Shown here: positions 61,962 through 64,000 of the stretch, piece by piece
Position numbering within the stretch: the stretch's first letter is position 1
How the letters are laid out: the number at the start of each line of letters is the position of its first letter
Source: Phaeosaccion multiseriatum
Taxonomy: Eukaryota; Protista; Ochrophyta, other classes
Direction of reading: 5' to 3'
NCBI GenBank assembly: GCA_965112735.1
Contig: OZ218950.1
Span: 6,014,001-6,078,000, forward strand
DNA: 64,000 nt
The notes under the pieces: model-generated
Databases searched by the model: none
Told to the model about the DNA's origin: nothing
The model's input: only the letters and a program-made list of their open reading frames with translations
Position numbers and translations under genes: made by a program

Positions 61962-62586
61962 GAGGCAGTCAGGCACCAGCGTCTCACCTGGGCAGCCCCA
62001 GCAGAGCCAGCAGGGTCAGGGGGGGAAGATAGCTCTGGTAGCGGTGGCCCGAGCGCTGGACTTTGACAATGGTGAAGCCAGACAGACCACCCGGTCTCTC
62101 TCTCTGAATGATTGGGGTGCCGGAAGCTCCACTGAAAGAAAGGACCTAACAGCAGAAGAATCGTCGGCGAACACTGCCCGTCCTCCTTCTCCTCCTCCTC
62201 CACCTCCTGCAGCAGCACTGCTCCCTCCTCCTGTTGCAGGCACCAACAGTGCTGCTGCCGCCGCCGACGACCTTCTCTGTGTGATTCCGTGGTATCTCAG
62301 CAACGATCTCTCTATCAACCCCTTGGCTCACAGCAGCTGCAACAACAACGAGCTTGACAACCACTTCCACAGGAAGCGAGGCCAAGAGGAGCTGGCACTG
62401 CTGCCGGGAGAGGTCCTGGGGCCTGCGAGCAGCGGTGGGAAGCAGCGACCACAGCACCGAAGATATCTCCGCTTCGATGATGATGGCTCCGGCTGCTCAA
62501 CTGCCGCCCTGTCGGGCCTCTCCTCGTCTGATAATGATGACGACGAGGAGGATGTGGAGCGCCTCATCGATGTCTTCTTTGCGTGA
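61558..62586 (+). CDS. Hypothetical low-complexity protein, divergent from symplekin
   Basis: Uninterrupted ORF of about 340 aa from ATG 61558, with an N-terminal CxxC (CQHCHG), internal duplications and an acidic end; no family recognised. Confidence 0.3.
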
Positions 62587-63301
62587 CGAAGGTATTTGTA
62601 GTAGGCAGGGAGAGAGAGAGAGGGACATGGAGGGGGTGAGAGGTAGGGAGGGAGGAGACTTAGACAGAGACAGAGAGTGGGAGAGAGAGAGACGGAGAGA
62701 GACGGAGAGAGACGGAGAGTGAGAAGAGGAGAAAGGGGGAGAGAGAGAGGGAGGGAGGGAGGGAGGGAGGGAGGGAGGGGAAGGGAGAGAGAGAGAAAGA
62801 AGAGAGAGAGCGAGAGACAGAGAGCTTTGCTACTAGTATTGAGCTGCTTTGGTGGAGGACCGACGCACTCAGGCATGGCACGCCACTCCAAGCCAACAAA
62901 ATCGCCTGACGGATGGCACTCCAAGGCAACAAGACCGCCTGACGGATGGACTTCGGAGAGGTAGATAAAAGGTGGTAAATGCAGCTTGGACTATAGTACT
63001 GGACTATTACTTGGTAGAGAGTCTAGATCGAAAGAGCAGCTTTATTATTTGGGCTAATTTTGACGCATACATGTACATTATATATATAGGTATATACATA
63101 CAAGAAATTTGGAAACTGTACAGTGAGTGCTGGAACATAGCCTCCCTGCTCCTGTCCGGGCGGGGAGAGTCAAACTCAGCCCCTTACTCACAGCACAGAG
63201 AGTCAAGGGGGGAGCGGTTGGCGATACAGCAGCAGCAGCCATCTGGGCATCGGCAGCAGCCGCACTGATGCACGTTCCATACCCACTGCGTCCTCCAACG
63301 C

Positions 63302-63531
63302 AGCTTAACGACCCACCTCACAGCCTAATGGAGCTTAACGACCCACCTCACAGCATAATGGAGCTTAACGACACACCTCACAGCATAATGGAGCTTAACG
63401 ACACACCTCACAGCATAATGGAGCTTAACGACACACCTCACAGCATAATGGAGCTTAACGACACACCTCACAGCATAATGGAGCTTAACGACACACCTCA
63501 CAGCATAATGGAGCTTAACGACACACCTCAC
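63302..63531. repeat. 30-bp minisatellite (GAGCTTAACGACACACCTCACAGCATAATG), about 8 copies
   Basis: Near-perfect head-to-tail tandem repeat with no spacers. Confidence 0.95.
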
Positions 63532-63721
63532 AACAAAACAAACAAGCAGAGGAAGACTTGATCCAATCATCCTTCCAAAGCCAAGACCGTCAAGCATAAA
63601 CCACGCACGAACGAAACTGCCATAGCGCAGCTCTCAAGCACCTACTTGTCAAGCAAGCACTATCGTTTTACGATCGTAAATAACCACGTCACACATACTC
63701 ACACCCCACCCAATTCACACA

Positions 63722-63932
63722 CCCCTCCCTCCCTCCCTCCCTACCTACCTACCTACCTACCTACATACCTCCCTCCCTCCCTCCCTCCCTCCCTCCCTCC
63801 CTCCCTCCCTACCTACCTACCTCCCTCCCTCCCTCCCTCCCTCCCTCCCTCCCTCCCTCCCTCCCTCCCTCCCTCCCTCCCTCCCTCCCTCCCTCCCTCC
63901 CTCCCTCCCTCCCTCCCTCCCTCCCTCTCTCC
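63722..63932. repeat. (CCCT)n / (CCTA)n microsatellite
   Basis: Read directly from the sequence. Confidence 0.95.
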
Positions 63933-64000
63933 CACACACACCCCTCTTACAATCTGCCTCCATTCCTCTGTGGCGTCATGCATCCCGACCACGCTGTGTC

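Noticed and set aside
63302-63531. 30-bp repeat array as a CRISPR array or as a MELNDTPHSI repeat protein
   Set aside because: No unique spacers, no cas genes and a eukaryotic context. The open frame follows from a stop-free 30-bp unit.

Overview
Eukaryotic, GC-rich, microsatellite-laden nuclear DNA with spliceosomal GT-AG introns. A signal peptide plus ASAFAP-type motif on the YebC homolog points to a photosynthetic stramenopile (ochrophyte). Most ORFs in the six-frame track are low-complexity artefacts, so the gene models below were spliced by eye. Genes in order: 3' end of an LRR gene; a multi-exon protein with a glutamine amidotransferase-like N-terminus; an SLC35A nucleotide-sugar transporter; plastid-targeted YebC/TACO1; a carbohydrate sulfotransferase; an ankyrin protein; a small secreted Cys-repeat protein; CCT8; a very large FHA/poly-SIM/UIM/Tudor/UBZ protein with a possible Nse5 (SIMC1/SLF1)-like C-terminus; a tandem array of three ankyrin paralogs; a frameshifted SRPBCC gene; DUF2237; VTC1-like; and symplekin. 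Two mobile elements are visible: a non-autonomous PIF/Harbinger element (16-bp TIRs, TAA TSD) and a 5'-truncated RLE-type non-LTR retrotransposon with a 14-bp TSD. The strongest unexplained signal is a dispersed, non-low-complexity 16-mer (GTATCACCAACTGCTG) found six times exactly, on both strands, in exons and introns of unrelated genes. All family assignments come from motif recognition, and no database searches were run.
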